From Candidatus Flemingiibacterium sp. (GTDB lineage: Bacteria > Bacillota > Clostridia > Oscillospirales > CAG-272): a stretch of DNA of 54,625 nucleotides. The DNA is taken from assembly GCA_045579105.1 (NCBI GenBank), contig JAZNLM010000109.1, forward strand, positions 1 to 54,625, read 5' to 3'. Positions within the stretch are counted from its first letter, which is position 1; every line of letters starts with the position of its first letter. Below, piece by piece: positions 8,373-17,994 of this stretch. The translations under genes were made by a program, and so were the position numbers. Below the pieces are notes generated by a model. That model saw nothing but the letters and a program-made list of their open reading frames with translations. It was not told the origin of the DNA and made no database searches.

Positions 8373-9788
8373 TTAGTTCACCTGTTCGATTTTAATAATA
8401 TTGGAATTTCCGGATTTTCCGTTTATTTGACCGCCGGTGAGAACAATGCTGTCACCCTTTTTGAGATTGTATATCTCTTTTACACGCTTCATTGCGCTGT
8501 AAAACATAACTTCCATAGATGAAAATTCCTCGCACATAACAGGAGTTACACCCCAGCTTAAATTAAGCTTGCGCCATACTTTTTCATTCATTGTCATACC
8601 GAGAATATCAACGGGAGATCTGAAGCGGCTCACCATTCGCGCGGTTTTACCGCTTATGGAGTTTACAACTATCCCTCTCGCATCAAGCGCAATTGCCATA
8701 GAGCATGCAGAGTGTGAAAGCGCGTCGATATTGTTGCGAATCTTGAAATCTGTGGTTCTGAAGCGCTCACTGTAATCTATCTTCGTTTCAGTAAACTGCG
8801 CTATCTCTACCATATTCTGAACAGCTTTAACCGGATATTTACCCGATGCGGTTTCACCGGACAGCATTATCGCGGATGTGCCATCATAAACCGCGTTTGC
8901 AACATCGGAAAGCTCGGCGCGTGTCGGACGCGGATTGTGAATCATTGATTCGAGCATCTCGGTTGCGGTAATAACGCGGATACCGAGAAGTCGGCACTTA
9001 TTGATAAGATATTTCTGAATAGAAGGCACTTCAATAAACGGAATTTCAACACCAAGGTCTCCGCGTGCAATCATAATTCCGTCCGCAAGCTCGCATATTT
9101 CCTCAATATTGTCTACACCCGCGCGGTTTTCGATTTTCGCAATTATATCAATTTCCTCACCGCCGTTTTCATTGAGAAAGTTGCGAATGTCCTCAACGTC
9201 TTTTTTAGTAGATACGAACGACGCTGCAACGAAGTCAATATCGTTCTGTATACCAAAAAGCAAATCGGACTTATCCTGCTCGCTCAAAAATGCGTGCTTC
9301 ATAAGAATGCCCGGGAAATGCATGCTCTTTCTGTCAGAAAGCTCGCCGCCAACAACTACCTTGCAAATAACGTCTTTGCCCTTTATCTCAAGAACATCAA
9401 AAATAACAAGACCGTTGTTTACTGTTATAGTGTCGCCGGCTTTAAGATCGTCTGTAAGATGCGCGTAATTCACTGCTACACGCTCGTTATTGCCGACAAT
9501 ATCTTCAGTTGTGAATGTAAACGTGTCACCTTCTTTAAGAGTAACCTTTTTATCTTCGAAGGTTTTGATTCTGTATTCGGGGCCTTTGGTATCGAGCATT
9601 ATTGCAATAGGCAGATTAAGCTCCTCGCGTACCTTTTTTATTGTGTCGATCTTGGTCTGGTGGTCAGCGTGTGTTCCGTGTGAAAAGTTGAGTCTTGCCA
9701 CATTCATTCCAGCAAGACACATCTTACGCAGTGTAGACTCATCCTCACAAGCAGGTCCTATAGTGCATATAATCTTCGTTTTTCTCAT
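8373..9788 (-). CDS. pyk: pyruvate kinase
   Basis: The canonical N-terminus is MRKTKIICTIGPA..MNVARLNFSHG..MLDTKGPE..IAKIEN..MIARGDLGVE. I prefer the start at 9788 (GGAG upstream). The track ORF extends to 9803. Confidence 0.92.
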   Translation of the reverse strand: MRKTKIICTIGPACEDESTLRKMCLAGMNVARLNFSHGTHADHQTKIDTIKKVREELNLPIAIMLDTKGPEYRIKTFEDKKVTLKEGDTFTFTTEDIVGNNERVAVNYAHLTDDLKAGDTITVNNGLVIFDVLEIKGKDVICKVVVGGELSDRKSMHFPGILMKHAFLSEQDKSDLLFGIQNDIDFVAASFVSTKKDVEDIRNFLNENGGEEIDIIAKIENRAGVDNIEEICELADGIMIARGDLGVEIPFIEVPSIQKYLINKCRLLGIRVITATEMLESMIHNPRPTRAELSDVANAVYDGTSAIMLSGETASGKYPVKAVQNMVEIAQFTETKIDYSERFRTTDFKIRNNIDALSHSACSMAIALDARGIVVNSISGKTARMVSRFRSPVDILGMTMNEKVWRKLNLSWGVTPVMCEEFSSMEVMFYSAMKRVKEIYNLKKGDSIVLTGGQINGKSGNSNIIKIEQVN

Positions 9789-9838
9789 TATTTTCATCTC
9801 CATTTGTATAGGTATTCTTCCCTATTATTTCTGTAAAT

Positions 9839-9867
9839 ATTTTACCATATTCACACCATATTGTCAA
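9839..9867 (-). promoter_or_regulatory. sigma-A-type promoter of pyk
   Basis: The minus strand reads TTGACA-17 nt-TAAAAT. Confidence 0.5.
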
Positions 9868-9880
9868 GGAGAAAAGACAT

Positions 9881-9913
9881 AAAAAATCCGCAAGAGCGTT
9901 TAGTCTTGCGGAT
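9881..9913 (-). terminator. intrinsic terminator after purH
   Basis: The minus-strand hairpin ATCCGCAAGA..TCTTGCGGAT is followed by a U-run. Confidence 0.7.
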
Positions 9914-9921
9914 AAAATTTA

Positions 9922-11490
9922 TTAGTGCTTAAAGTGTCTCTGACCGGTAAATACCATCGCAATGCCGTACTTGTTTGCCGCATCGATGGACTCCTGATCC
10001 TTGATGGATCCACCGGGCTGAATAATCGCGGTAATACCTGCCTTGTATGCAGCCTCAACGCAGTCAGGGAACGGGAAGAATGCGTCAGAAGCCATTACAG
10101 AACCTGCTGCACGGTTCTTTTCCGCACCGTCAAGGTCATTAGCATAACGGATAGCGAGCTCGAGCGCGGTAATTCTGTTGGTCTGACCGGGGCCGATACC
10201 GGTGGTGATGCCGTTCTTCGCAAGAACGATAGCATTGGACTTGGTATGTTTTACAACCTTCATAGCGAACTTGAGGTCTGCCATCTGCTCTGCAGTGGGA
10301 GCCTTTTCGGTAACAACCTTGAGCTCTGCATCATCGTAAACACCGATGTCGCGCTCCTGAACGAGAAGACCGCCTGCAACACGCTTCATATCGAGCATTT
10401 CCTTGGTATTAGGCTTGGAAATCTCGGGAAGTTTAAGTAGACGGATATTCTTCTTTGCCATAAGAATTTCGAGTGCATCAGCATCGAAATCGGGAGCGAT
10501 AACAATCTCAACGAATATCTTGTTGATCTCGGTTGCAGTAGCCGCATCCACCTTGCGGTTGCAAGCGATAATACCACCGAAAATGGAAACGGGATCTGCG
10601 TTATAAGCGTTCATATATGCCTTGAAAATATCCTCACCAACGCCAACGCCGCAGGGATTAGCGTGCTTTACTGCAACAACGCAGGGTTCGTCAAATTCCT
10701 TGAGGCACTCGAGTGCGCCGTTAGTGTCGTTAATGTTGTTGTAGGAGAGTTCCTTTCCGTGAAGTTGCTCTGCGGCCGCGAGGGTTCCGTCGAACTCGTT
10801 GCCGATTTCTTTATAGAATGCTGCAGTCTGACCGGGGTTCTCGCCGTAGCGCATATCCTGGACCTTCTCGTAGGTGAGAGAAAGCTTATCGGGGAATATG
10901 GGCATATCGGTTTGAACGCGAAGGTAAGACTGAATGAGAGTATCGTAAGCCGCAGTGTGGTTGAACACCTTGTAAGCGAGCTTAAGGTTAGTGTCAACGC
11001 TTACCTTGCCGTTTGCCTTGAGTTCGTCGATAACGGTTGCATAATCTGCAGGATCGACGATAACGGAAACATCCTGATAGTTCTTTGCAGCCGCGCGAAG
11101 CATTGTAGGTCCGCCGATGTCGATGTGCTCGATAGCATCCTCACGGGTAACGCCGGGTTTCATAATAGTATCCTTGAATGCGTAAAGGTTAATTGCAACG
11201 ATATCGATAGGAGTAACGCCGAGCTTTTCGATCTGCTCCATATGCTCGGGGTTGCTTCTCATAGCGAGAATACCTGCGTGGATCATCGGGTGGAGAGTCT
11301 TAACACGTCCGTCAAGGCACTCCGGGAAGCCGGTAATATCGGAAACCTGAGTTACAGGAATACCAGCCTCGTTGATTACCTTCCACGTACCGCCGGTGGA
11401 AAGAATTTCGTAGCCAAGAGCGTCAAGATCACGAGCGAATTCAACTACACCTGTTTTGTCGGTTAAACTGATTATTGCGCGTTTTTTCAT
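9922..11490 (-). CDS. purH: bifunctional IMP cyclohydrolase / AICAR formyltransferase
   Basis: [19 protein letters not shown].. (MGS-like domain) is followed by the AICARFT domain ..GGIIA.N..PGGSI.D. I prefer the start at 11490 (GGAG 6 nt upstream). The track ORF extends to 11562. Confidence 0.92.
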   Translation of the reverse strand: MKKRAIISLTDKTGVVEFARDLDALGYEILSTGGTWKVINEAGIPVTQVSDITGFPECLDGRVKTLHPMIHAGILAMRSNPEHMEQIEKLGVTPIDIVAINLYAFKDTIMKPGVTREDAIEHIDIGGPTMLRAAAKNYQDVSVIVDPADYATVIDELKANGKVSVDTNLKLAYKVFNHTAAYDTLIQSYLRVQTDMPIFPDKLSLTYEKVQDMRYGENPGQTAAFYKEIGNEFDGTLAAAEQLHGKELSYNNINDTNGALECLKEFDEPCVVAVKHANPCGVGVGEDIFKAYMNAYNADPVSIFGGIIACNRKVDAATATEINKIFVEIVIAPDFDADALEILMAKKNIRLLKLPEISKPNTKEMLDMKRVAGGLLVQERDIGVYDDAELKVVTEKAPTAEQMADLKFAMKVVKHTKSNAIVLAKNGITTGIGPGQTNRITALELAIRYANDLDGAEKNRAAGSVMASDAFFPFPDCVEAAYKAGITAIIQPGGSIKDQESIDAANKYGIAMVFTGQRHFKH

Positions 11491-11816
11491 AGTAATCTCC
11501 ATTCCGCCGCCATTTGGCGGCACATAAAAATTTTGTGAAATCCAAATGCGTTCGCTTCGCAAACAAAAATGGGGTGGAACCCGTTTTAATCTGAATTTCG
11601 GTGCGTGAACAGCAAAATTTCATTCAATAAACCCAAAATTCACGCCACGCATCTCATATATGTTTATTTATATATAATTATATCAGAAAATGTCTATAAG
11701 GTCAAGTGTCAAACTTACTAATATACAAAAAATTACGTAGGTGTTTTAATAGCATTTTGAAGGAGATACTGTAACTTTTTAAAAAGTTGCGTATCTCTAT
11801 ATTGAATATACTTACG

Positions 11817-11846
11817 CAAAAACCGCCCCACTTACGTGAGGCGGTA
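11817..11846 (-). terminator. intrinsic terminator
   Basis: The minus-strand hairpin ACCGCCTC..GGGGCGGT is followed by a U-run, just 3' of the 643-aa gene. Confidence 0.65.
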
Positions 11847-11851
11847 TGTAT

Positions 11852-13783
11852 TTAGAAGTCGATTTCGTCGGTAGGCTTGTTTGCGTAAACGCGCTTGATC
11901 CAACGCTGATATACCTCATCAAAGAGGCAAGAGTCAAGAACTGTGTGAATTTCGGGCTCAAGTCCGAAGTGGAATTCGGTGAACGCCTTGGTCTGCTCGT
12001 CTATCTTCTCCTGATCGCCGTAGCTGTAACGGCGTACAAGCTCCGCATACATCTTGCAGTAATCAGCATGGTGTGCGAGATAGTACCACGATGCATCTGT
12101 GTCCTTCTTAGAATCAATGTGTGAAGCCTTGAAGTCGTCAACAAGTTTGTCGATTGCGTCCATACGTGCAAGTGCACTCGTGTGCGCTTCGGGCTTCTCA
12201 TTGCGCATAAACTTCGCATCAAAAAGCTCGGAAATCTTCGCAAGGTAAGCTTCCACTGCAGGACCGTCCTCGCCGAACATATCAGCATAATACTCGCGAG
12301 AGATGTCCTCAAATTTGCTATCCTTATCCCAAAGTCCACGCGCCATAGCGTACATCGGAAGTGCCGTCGGGAATGCCTGACGCATCTCCTGGCAGCTTAC
12401 ATATCCGGTAAAGCCCATCTGGTCGAGCGTTGTAACGTCGCGATGGAGAGTTCTTGCGCAGGAAGTGTAACCGGGATCCAGATAATGGTCCCACATAAGG
12501 TGATAGTCGAAGATTACGTTTTCGCAATCTATTTGTTCACGCCAGCCTTCGAGAAGCGCCATATTAAGTCCGAGATCACGAGGCATTTCCACCTTATTGT
12601 ATTCGTACGGCGGTATCTCAATGTTCTTGTCCATGGGAGTATCTACAAACGCAGCGGAATAAGTACGGGTGATAGGAGCGAACTGAAGAACCACTCTGTT
12701 GGGATTCTTGATGCGCTCGGTTGTAGGTGCCCACATCGTGTTAACATAAACATCGAACACGAGTTTGGTGTCAAGTCCAGCTTCAGTAAGCTTCTCATCC
12801 ATATCGTTAAAGAGCTTAACGTACCAGTCAGACGGGGTCTTCTTCTTACATTCATCACACTCACAGTAGTTGTTTACGCCGTCTGCAAGCGAGATGCAAA
12901 GATAGTCAACAGTCGGGTTCTTTCTCGCGTAATCAACAACCGCATCCGCCATTATCTCTCTTACCTTCGGATTGGAGTAGCAAAGGTGAGTGAACGCGAT
13001 CTTATTATTGAAAAGCTGGCGCTTGCCGTTTGTCATAGCAAGATAGCTTCTGATTTCGGGGGTAATAAGCGGCGAATCGTCGCCTTCAAAGGTAACGTCA
13101 AAGCCAAACGGATCGTAAGTGAATCCGTGACCGACAGCAAGATAAATTATATCTCGCTTTGTCATTTCTTCTTCAATACGGTATTTGATGTGATAAGAAT
13201 CCTCGACCGGCAATGGCTCGGGCTCACGGTGGGGATTATGCTGATGATCGTACCAACGGTTAAAGAACGGTGTAGGTGACATGAACTGAATATAGTATTC
13301 GTTAAGACCAACCTTGGGCATCCAGTCAATTACATTGAAAATGTGCTCGTATGCCACCGCGCCTTCGATACAGATACAACGGTGCGGATACGACGGAGTT
13401 TCATCAATGTTTACAGCAAGTGCCGCTTTGTCGAGCTTCTTATTCGGAATAACCTCACCGTCTGCACCGGGACGGACCCACGCACAGCCAAGCTCGTGCA
13501 GATAACGGTAAGCCGCGATAAGAACCGCTCTGGGATTTGCTGCGGTTATAACACCAGTGCCGTCCTTAATGTTGATGAGAATACGGTCCTCGAACTTGTC
13601 TTCATTTACAAGAGTGGTGAGACCTACCCAGATTACCCCCGTAACGTTAGCGTCGTATTCGCTGTATGTACGCTGATCGATAAGAAGGCTCTTGTCCATC
13701 TTCTTAAGGCAGCGAGCAAGCTCGTCCACAGCAAAAGATACGGTGGTATTAGTGCCGATTTTGGCAAGTGTGATAGTTGTCAT
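11852..13783 (-). CDS. DUF4838-like protein (putative glycoside-hydrolase-related, cytoplasmic)
   Basis: This 643 aa ORF has no signal peptide. It has a Cys cluster, CECDECKK. Its overall architecture recalls DUF4838 family proteins, but that family assignment is from memory only. Confidence 0.5.
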   Translation of the reverse strand: MTTITLAKIGTNTTVSFAVDELARCLKKMDKSLLIDQRTYSEYDANVTGVIWVGLTTLVNEDKFEDRILINIKDGTGVITAANPRAVLIAAYRYLHELGCAWVRPGADGEVIPNKKLDKAALAVNIDETPSYPHRCICIEGAVAYEHIFNVIDWMPKVGLNEYYIQFMSPTPFFNRWYDHQHNPHREPEPLPVEDSYHIKYRIEEEMTKRDIIYLAVGHGFTYDPFGFDVTFEGDDSPLITPEIRSYLAMTNGKRQLFNNKIAFTHLCYSNPKVREIMADAVVDYARKNPTVDYLCISLADGVNNYCECDECKKKTPSDWYVKLFNDMDEKLTEAGLDTKLVFDVYVNTMWAPTTERIKNPNRVVLQFAPITRTYSAAFVDTPMDKNIEIPPYEYNKVEMPRDLGLNMALLEGWREQIDCENVIFDYHLMWDHYLDPGYTSCARTLHRDVTTLDQMGFTGYVSCQEMRQAFPTALPMYAMARGLWDKDSKFEDISREYYADMFGEDGPAVEAYLAKISELFDAKFMRNEKPEAHTSALARMDAIDKLVDDFKASHIDSKKDTDASWYYLAHHADYCKMYAELVRRYSYGDQEKIDEQTKAFTEFHFGLEPEIHTVLDSCLFDEVYQRWIKRVYANKPTDEIDF

Positions 13784-13924
13784 AGCATTTTCTCCTAAAA
13801 TATTTTAGTTAAAAATAGTATATACCATGTAAGCACAAACTTCAAGCAACGAATCAACTGTCTTTATGGACAAATCAACTAAACGCCATATTACCCGAAA
13901 GCGTTAAATATACTAAAAATCCGT

Positions 13925-14230
13925 TTCTGTAGTATGCTTATTATTGTAAACACGCTTTATCCAACGCTGATAAACCTCATTAAAATAGTGATTATCAAGC
14001 ACCGCGTGCATTTTGGGTTCAACGCAGAAATGATATGCAGAAAACACTTTGGTTCTTTCTTACATTTTAGACTCATCGCCCGAAGTGTACGCGAGAAAAA
14101 GCTCGGTCCAGTGCTTTCAATAGTACGTGCGCTATCACAGATATTTCCACGATGCATTAACATCCTTTTGGGTTCAATACACGAAGCCTTAAATTCATCA
14201 GCAATCTCGTATATGACGTAGTTTACTGCT
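13925..14230 (-). pseudogene. decayed 3'-terminal remnant of a DUF4838-like paralog
   Basis: Nucleotide similarity to 11852..~12130 is visible by eye (for example GTAAACaCGCTTtATCCAACGCTGATAaACCTCAT versus GTAAACgCGCTTgATCCAACGCTGATAtACCTCAT). Peptide similarity switches frame: DEFKAS.. versus DDFKAS.., and LNPKMHAVLDNHYFNEVYQRWIKRVYNNK versus LEPEIHTVLDSCLFDEVYQRWIKRVYANK. No matching N-terminal part is present. Confidence 0.75.
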
Positions 14231-14395
14231 TTGTAATAATTACGTAAGTCTTTGTCAAGATTTATCGAAAAAGTTAACACAACACTTTTTTCCTTTAAAA
14301 CCTTTATAAAGGCACATAAAGTTGAGGCAAGTTCAGCGCGCAAAAGAAACATTTTTGTATAAATTTTCATAATGCAAAAGTTAACATATAGTTTA

Positions 14396-14424
14396 TTGCT
14401 TTTTTCGTCAGGATATAGTAAAAT
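14396..14424 (+). promoter_or_regulatory. sigma-A-like promoter
   Basis: The sequence is TTGCTT-17 nt-TAAAAT, with RBS AAGGAG before the ATG at 14464. Confidence 0.4.
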
Positions 14425-14463
14425 AATAATATCTACGATAAAATTCAAGGAGAAACAAAACAT

Positions 14464-15045
14464 ATGAAAAAATACAAACTCATTGCTCTTGCAGCGGCAT
14501 TTTCCCTCGCTCTTACCGCCACTTCAATAATAGTAAGCGGCGACGAAGCAGGCTACGACAGTTCTAATGACCCACTTATTTCCCTTTCCTATATTGAAAA
14601 AGTTCTCACACCTAAATATGAAGAAAAAATTGAAGAATTAACAAAAAAATACGAAAACGCAACTGAAATTATAACAATGCTCCAATCCACACTCACAAAA
14701 GCCGAGGGCAAGATCAGCGAGCTTGAAAATAAACTCACAGACGGTGGTACAAGCGGCGAAACTGCCGTATCATCGGGTTACGAAGTTGTTTACATGAAGA
14801 AAGGCGCAAAGTTACTTGCAAAAACTCCTTGTGAGATAATCCTTCGTACCGGCAGCGCTATTATAGTTTCTATCACCTCAAACGGTCTTAATGATATCAC
14901 AAACGGCGACGAGCTTCTCAATGCTGTAAGCGTACCGCTTTACCATTGCCTTTTAGTTCCGCGCGGAAATGACGGACGCGGTATTCAAATAACCTCAAAC
15001 GACGCATATGTTATGGTGAGAGGAGAGTACGAAATTGTCGAATAA
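14464..15045 (+). CDS. secreted/anchored coiled-coil protein of unknown function
   Basis: It has a signal/anchor sequence (MKKYKLIALAAAFSLALTATSIIV), a central heptad-like segment (EEKIEELTKKYENATE..KAEGKISELENKL) and a beta-rich C-terminus. Its stop overlaps the spoIID-like start by 11 nt. Confidence 0.7.
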   Translation: MKKYKLIALAAAFSLALTATSIIVSGDEAGYDSSNDPLISLSYIEKVLTPKYEEKIEELTKKYENATEIITMLQSTLTKAEGKISELENKLTDGGTSGETAVSSGYEVVYMKKGAKLLAKTPCEIILRTGSAIIVSITSNGLNDITNGDELLNAVSVPLYHCLLVPRGNDGRGIQITSNDAYVMVRGEYEIVE

Positions 15046-17077
15046 GCAGAATAACCGCGATAAAATGCGCCGCATACTCGCTTTGGCGATGGTGTTGTTT
15101 CTGCTTGTTTCAATCTTTGCTTCGGTGATATTCTATCTCGTTACCCCAGTATTCGCAGCTGAAGCAGACAGTGAATCATTTACGCAGACAGCTGACACCG
15201 ACACAGATACAACCGTCACAGAGCCGGAAGATACTGAAGCTTCCACTGATGATACTACAGCAGAATCAGAATACACGGAACCCGAGCCTGACCAGCCTGA
15301 TGAGCCCGAGGAACCCACAGGTCCCGAATTTGATTACGACATCGACATTCCTCAACTTCCCGAGCCGGAAGAAATTGACGACAAACTCATTCGCGTCGGA
15401 CTTATGTACGGAACAAGTGTTACTGTGGGATTTGAGGTTGACACAACGTACGGTTTCTACATAAACAAAGTAAACCGCACAGGCGATTTATCAAGCGAAC
15501 CCATCTGGGATATTGATTTAACCAAGGTTTCATGCACAGTCGACCACAATCTCTCGAAATACGCAATGACATACTCAAAAACAAGCTCGGCAGCATCCAC
15601 AGTTATCGGCGGATACCACATCGAGCTTGGCGTAGGTCTTACCCGTGAAGAAACTATCGTTATTATGAACGGTATCAAGGCAACCCTTGACGAGGTTGGA
15701 CTGTATGCCATTCCCTCTTATATAAATGACGGATTCCGCATAAGAATAGGTCATTATCCCACAGAAGCATTAGCAGCAGACAATGCAGCGTTCCTCTCTG
15801 AACTTCTCGGTGGTATGCCCCTTAACGTGGCAAAGCCTACCAACACAGCTGTATCGCTTGTAAATCCCATTACCGACGAAATTTTGTTTGAATATGACTG
15901 CGGTGATATAACCGCACTAGGACTCACTCCGAAATCTTCACCGAGCGGAGAAAAGGCGTATCTTGTAACTCCAGCCAAAAAACTCTATGACGGCACGTTT
16001 ATGTTCCGCAGATATATTTCAGGCGAGACGGACGGCGTGTCACTCACCGATATTATAAAACTCGAAGAATACATCGAGGGTGTTATTCCCTATGAAGTAA
16101 GTTCGGCATGGCCAGATGAAGCGCTCAAAGCTTTTGCTATAATGGTACGGTCATTTACGCTTTACGGTACACGTCATGAGAGCGCGTACCAAGTTGATAT
16201 CTGCAATTCCACCCACTGTCAGGTATATGGCGGCAGAACCAAAGTAAACGCTGCTGTAGAGAATGCAGTAAAATCAACAAAAGGTCTTATTATGGAATCA
16301 GGTGGCGCTATCGCCTGTGCATATTACAGTGCTGTTACGGGCGGCACTACAATCAGCAGTTATGATGCGTGGGGGTATCAGCATATTCCCTATCTGGTTG
16401 CCGTTGAAACGCCTTGGGAAAACTATAACAATCATTCCTACGGTGTATGGACCGCTGAGATATCTCCAAGTACACTTTTAGCACACCTCAATTCTAAAGG
16501 TTATACCTCGCTCCGAGGCTCTATAAAATCGATAAACATTGATAAGTTTTGCGAAAATTCCACCTACGTCCGCGATATCACATTTACGGATGTCTACGGA
16601 ACAAGTATAACTATAAAAACGAGCGCAAAGGTCTATACCACTCTCTCAAAATACCTAAACAGCGCAAACTTTGTTGTTGGTAAAGGCACCGTTGAGGCAG
16701 TACGCTCGGAATTTTACACTACTTCTATAGAGAACCTTGAAGCACTGACGGAAAGCGGTGCACAAAGCTTGAAAAACGTCGAGAATGTGACTGTTCTCAC
16801 CGCTTCCGGAGAAGAGGAAACAATTCTTAACCACAGCACTGTAATGAGAGCAGGCGGCAAATTTGCGCTCGGCGACACCACCGCAGTGCCGAAAACAGTT
16901 ACTGTAACAGCAAAAGACCCCAACAACTTCATCTTCGCGGGACTTGGTTGGGGACACGGCGTTGGAGCATCGCAGATAGGTCTGCGTGACCTTGCAAAGC
17001 TTGGATATAAAGCTGAAGAAATTTTGCCAAAGTACTATACGGGCGTTAATATAATTGATTGGCGCGACGTAAAATAA
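15035..17077 (+). CDS. spoIID: SpoIID/LytB domain protein (stage II sporulation protein D-like), 680 aa
   Basis: TTG start 7 nt after GGAGAG. It has a TM anchor and an acidic T/D/E/P low-complexity tract. The SpoIID motifs are present: EEYIEGVIPYEV..EALKAFAIMVRSF..CNSTHCQVYGG..YYSAVTGGTT and, at the C-terminus, GLGWGHGVGASQIGLRDLAKLGY..ILPKYYTG. Confidence 0.85.
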   Translation: MSNKQNNRDKMRRILALAMVLFLLVSIFASVIFYLVTPVFAAEADSESFTQTADTDTDTTVTEPEDTEASTDDTTAESEYTEPEPDQPDEPEEPTGPEFDYDIDIPQLPEPEEIDDKLIRVGLMYGTSVTVGFEVDTTYGFYINKVNRTGDLSSEPIWDIDLTKVSCTVDHNLSKYAMTYSKTSSAASTVIGGYHIELGVGLTREETIVIMNGIKATLDEVGLYAIPSYINDGFRIRIGHYPTEALAADNAAFLSELLGGMPLNVAKPTNTAVSLVNPITDEILFEYDCGDITALGLTPKSSPSGEKAYLVTPAKKLYDGTFMFRRYISGETDGVSLTDIIKLEEYIEGVIPYEVSSAWPDEALKAFAIMVRSFTLYGTRHESAYQVDICNSTHCQVYGGRTKVNAAVENAVKSTKGLIMESGGAIACAYYSAVTGGTTISSYDAWGYQHIPYLVAVETPWENYNNHSYGVWTAEISPSTLLAHLNSKGYTSLRGSIKSINIDKFCENSTYVRDITFTDVYGTSITIKTSAKVYTTLSKYLNSANFVVGKGTVEAVRSEFYTTSIENLEALTESGAQSLKNVENVTVLTASGEEETILNHSTVMRAGGKFALGDTTAVPKTVTVTAKDPNNFIFAGLGWGHGVGASQIGLRDLAKLGYKAEEILPKYYTGVNIIDWRDVK

Positions 17078-17084
17078 CACATGA

Positions 17085-17122
17085 GAAAAAAGCAGGTAGT
17101 CGTTTGACTACCTGCTTTTTTA
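17085..17122 (+). terminator. intrinsic terminator
   Basis: The hairpin AGCAGGTAGTC-gttt-GACTACCTGCT is followed by TTTTTT. Confidence 0.8.
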
Positions 17123-17214
17123 TTGAAATTTTTGCTTTGTACCATATTACGACGTATTTCGCACGTGATACGTGATAAAATTGTATCTGTAAAATAAAAC
17201 AAAGGAGATAAAAA

Positions 17215-17547
17215 ATGGATTGCAATATTGAAACGAGCATTAACGGCTCGGAGCTTACCATCAAAATATCAGGTGAGATAGACCACCACAGCGCACGTCC
17301 CTTGCGAGAGAAAATCGATGAAGCACTGTATTTTCACAGAAGCAAAAGTGTAGCGCTCGATCTATCAGGCGTATCGTTTATGGATTCATCGGGTCTTGGA
17401 CTGATTCTAGGGCGTTTTACGCTTGCGCGTGAGCTTGGCGGAGTACTTCGCGTAACAAATCCTAATGAAAGCGTTTCAAAAGTGCTGGAACTTGCGGGAA
17501 CGGAGAGGCTTATAAAAATTGAAAAAACAAACGAGAAAGGAGTATAA
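17215..17547 (+). CDS. spoIIAA: anti-sigma-F factor antagonist (STAS domain)
   Basis: This 110 aa protein has the STAS fold with a phosphorylatable Ser context, LSGVSFMDSSGLGLILGR. It is the first gene of the spoIIA operon. Confidence 0.9.
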   Translation: MDCNIETSINGSELTIKISGEIDHHSARPLREKIDEALYFHRSKSVALDLSGVSFMDSSGLGLILGRFTLARELGGVLRVTNPNESVSKVLELAGTERLIKIEKTNEKGV

Positions 17548-17549
17548 AA

Positions 17550-17993
17550 ATGAAAACGTTACTTAACGAAGTGCGCGTAAGTTTCATGGCAATAAGTGAA
17601 AACGAAAGCTTTGCACGCGGCATTGCAGTAAATTTTGCTTCACAAGCTTCGCCGACGATAACAGAGCTTGCAGACATAAAATGTGCGGTAAGCGAGGCGG
17701 TTACAAATGCTATAGTACATGCATACCCCGATGTCAAAGGCAAAGTAAATATGACACTTCGCCGCTACAACAATGGTCAGATTGCAATAACAGTAAAGGA
17801 CAACGGCATAGGTATTGATGACGTTGAAACTGCACGTCAACCGCTTTATACTACAGATACCACGGGCGAGCGAAGCGGTATGGGTTTTGCAATTATGGAA
17901 AGTATGACCGACAGTATGACTGTTCGTTCAAAAAAGGGCGGTGGTACGACGGTTACAATGCGCATAAAAGTCGGCGGTGTATCTGCTACATAA
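17550..17993 (+). CDS. spoIIAB: anti-sigma-F factor / serine kinase
   Basis: This 147 aa protein has HATPase_c motifs: EAVTNAIVHAY, DNGIGI and SGMGFAIM. Confidence 0.9.
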   Translation: MKTLLNEVRVSFMAISENESFARGIAVNFASQASPTITELADIKCAVSEAVTNAIVHAYPDVKGKVNMTLRRYNNGQIAITVKDNGIGIDDVETARQPLYTTDTTGERSGMGFAIMESMTDSMTVRSKKGGGTTVTMRIKVGGVSAT

Positions 17994-17994
17994 T

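Noticed and set aside
11491-11660. Possible ZTP (pfl) or purine riboswitch upstream of purH
   Set aside because: I looked for the pfl hallmarks (GGGUCGUGAC..GGC, ACCGGG, CCGCCUGGGC) and for the purine-aptamer core on the minus strand. I found only a generic stem (GCGTGAA/TTCACGC) and a GCCGCC-aaat-GGCGGC hairpin next to the RBS. The conserved blocks are absent. A covariance-model scan would be needed to revisit this.
14340-14400. Sigma-E-type promoter (xxATAxx-N14-CATACAxT) for the spoIID-like operon at TCATAAT..CATATAGT
   Set aside because: The spacing between the two elements is only ~11 nt, shorter than the consensus. A sigma-A-like TTGCTT-17-TAAAAT fits better. This cannot be resolved without TSS data.
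13957-14463. 168-aa minus-strand ORF from the track
   Set aside because: Its C-terminal half is the frameshifted remnant of the DUF4838-like paralog. Its N-terminal half is AT-rich spacer that overlaps the promoter of the + strand gene at 14464. It has no RBS.
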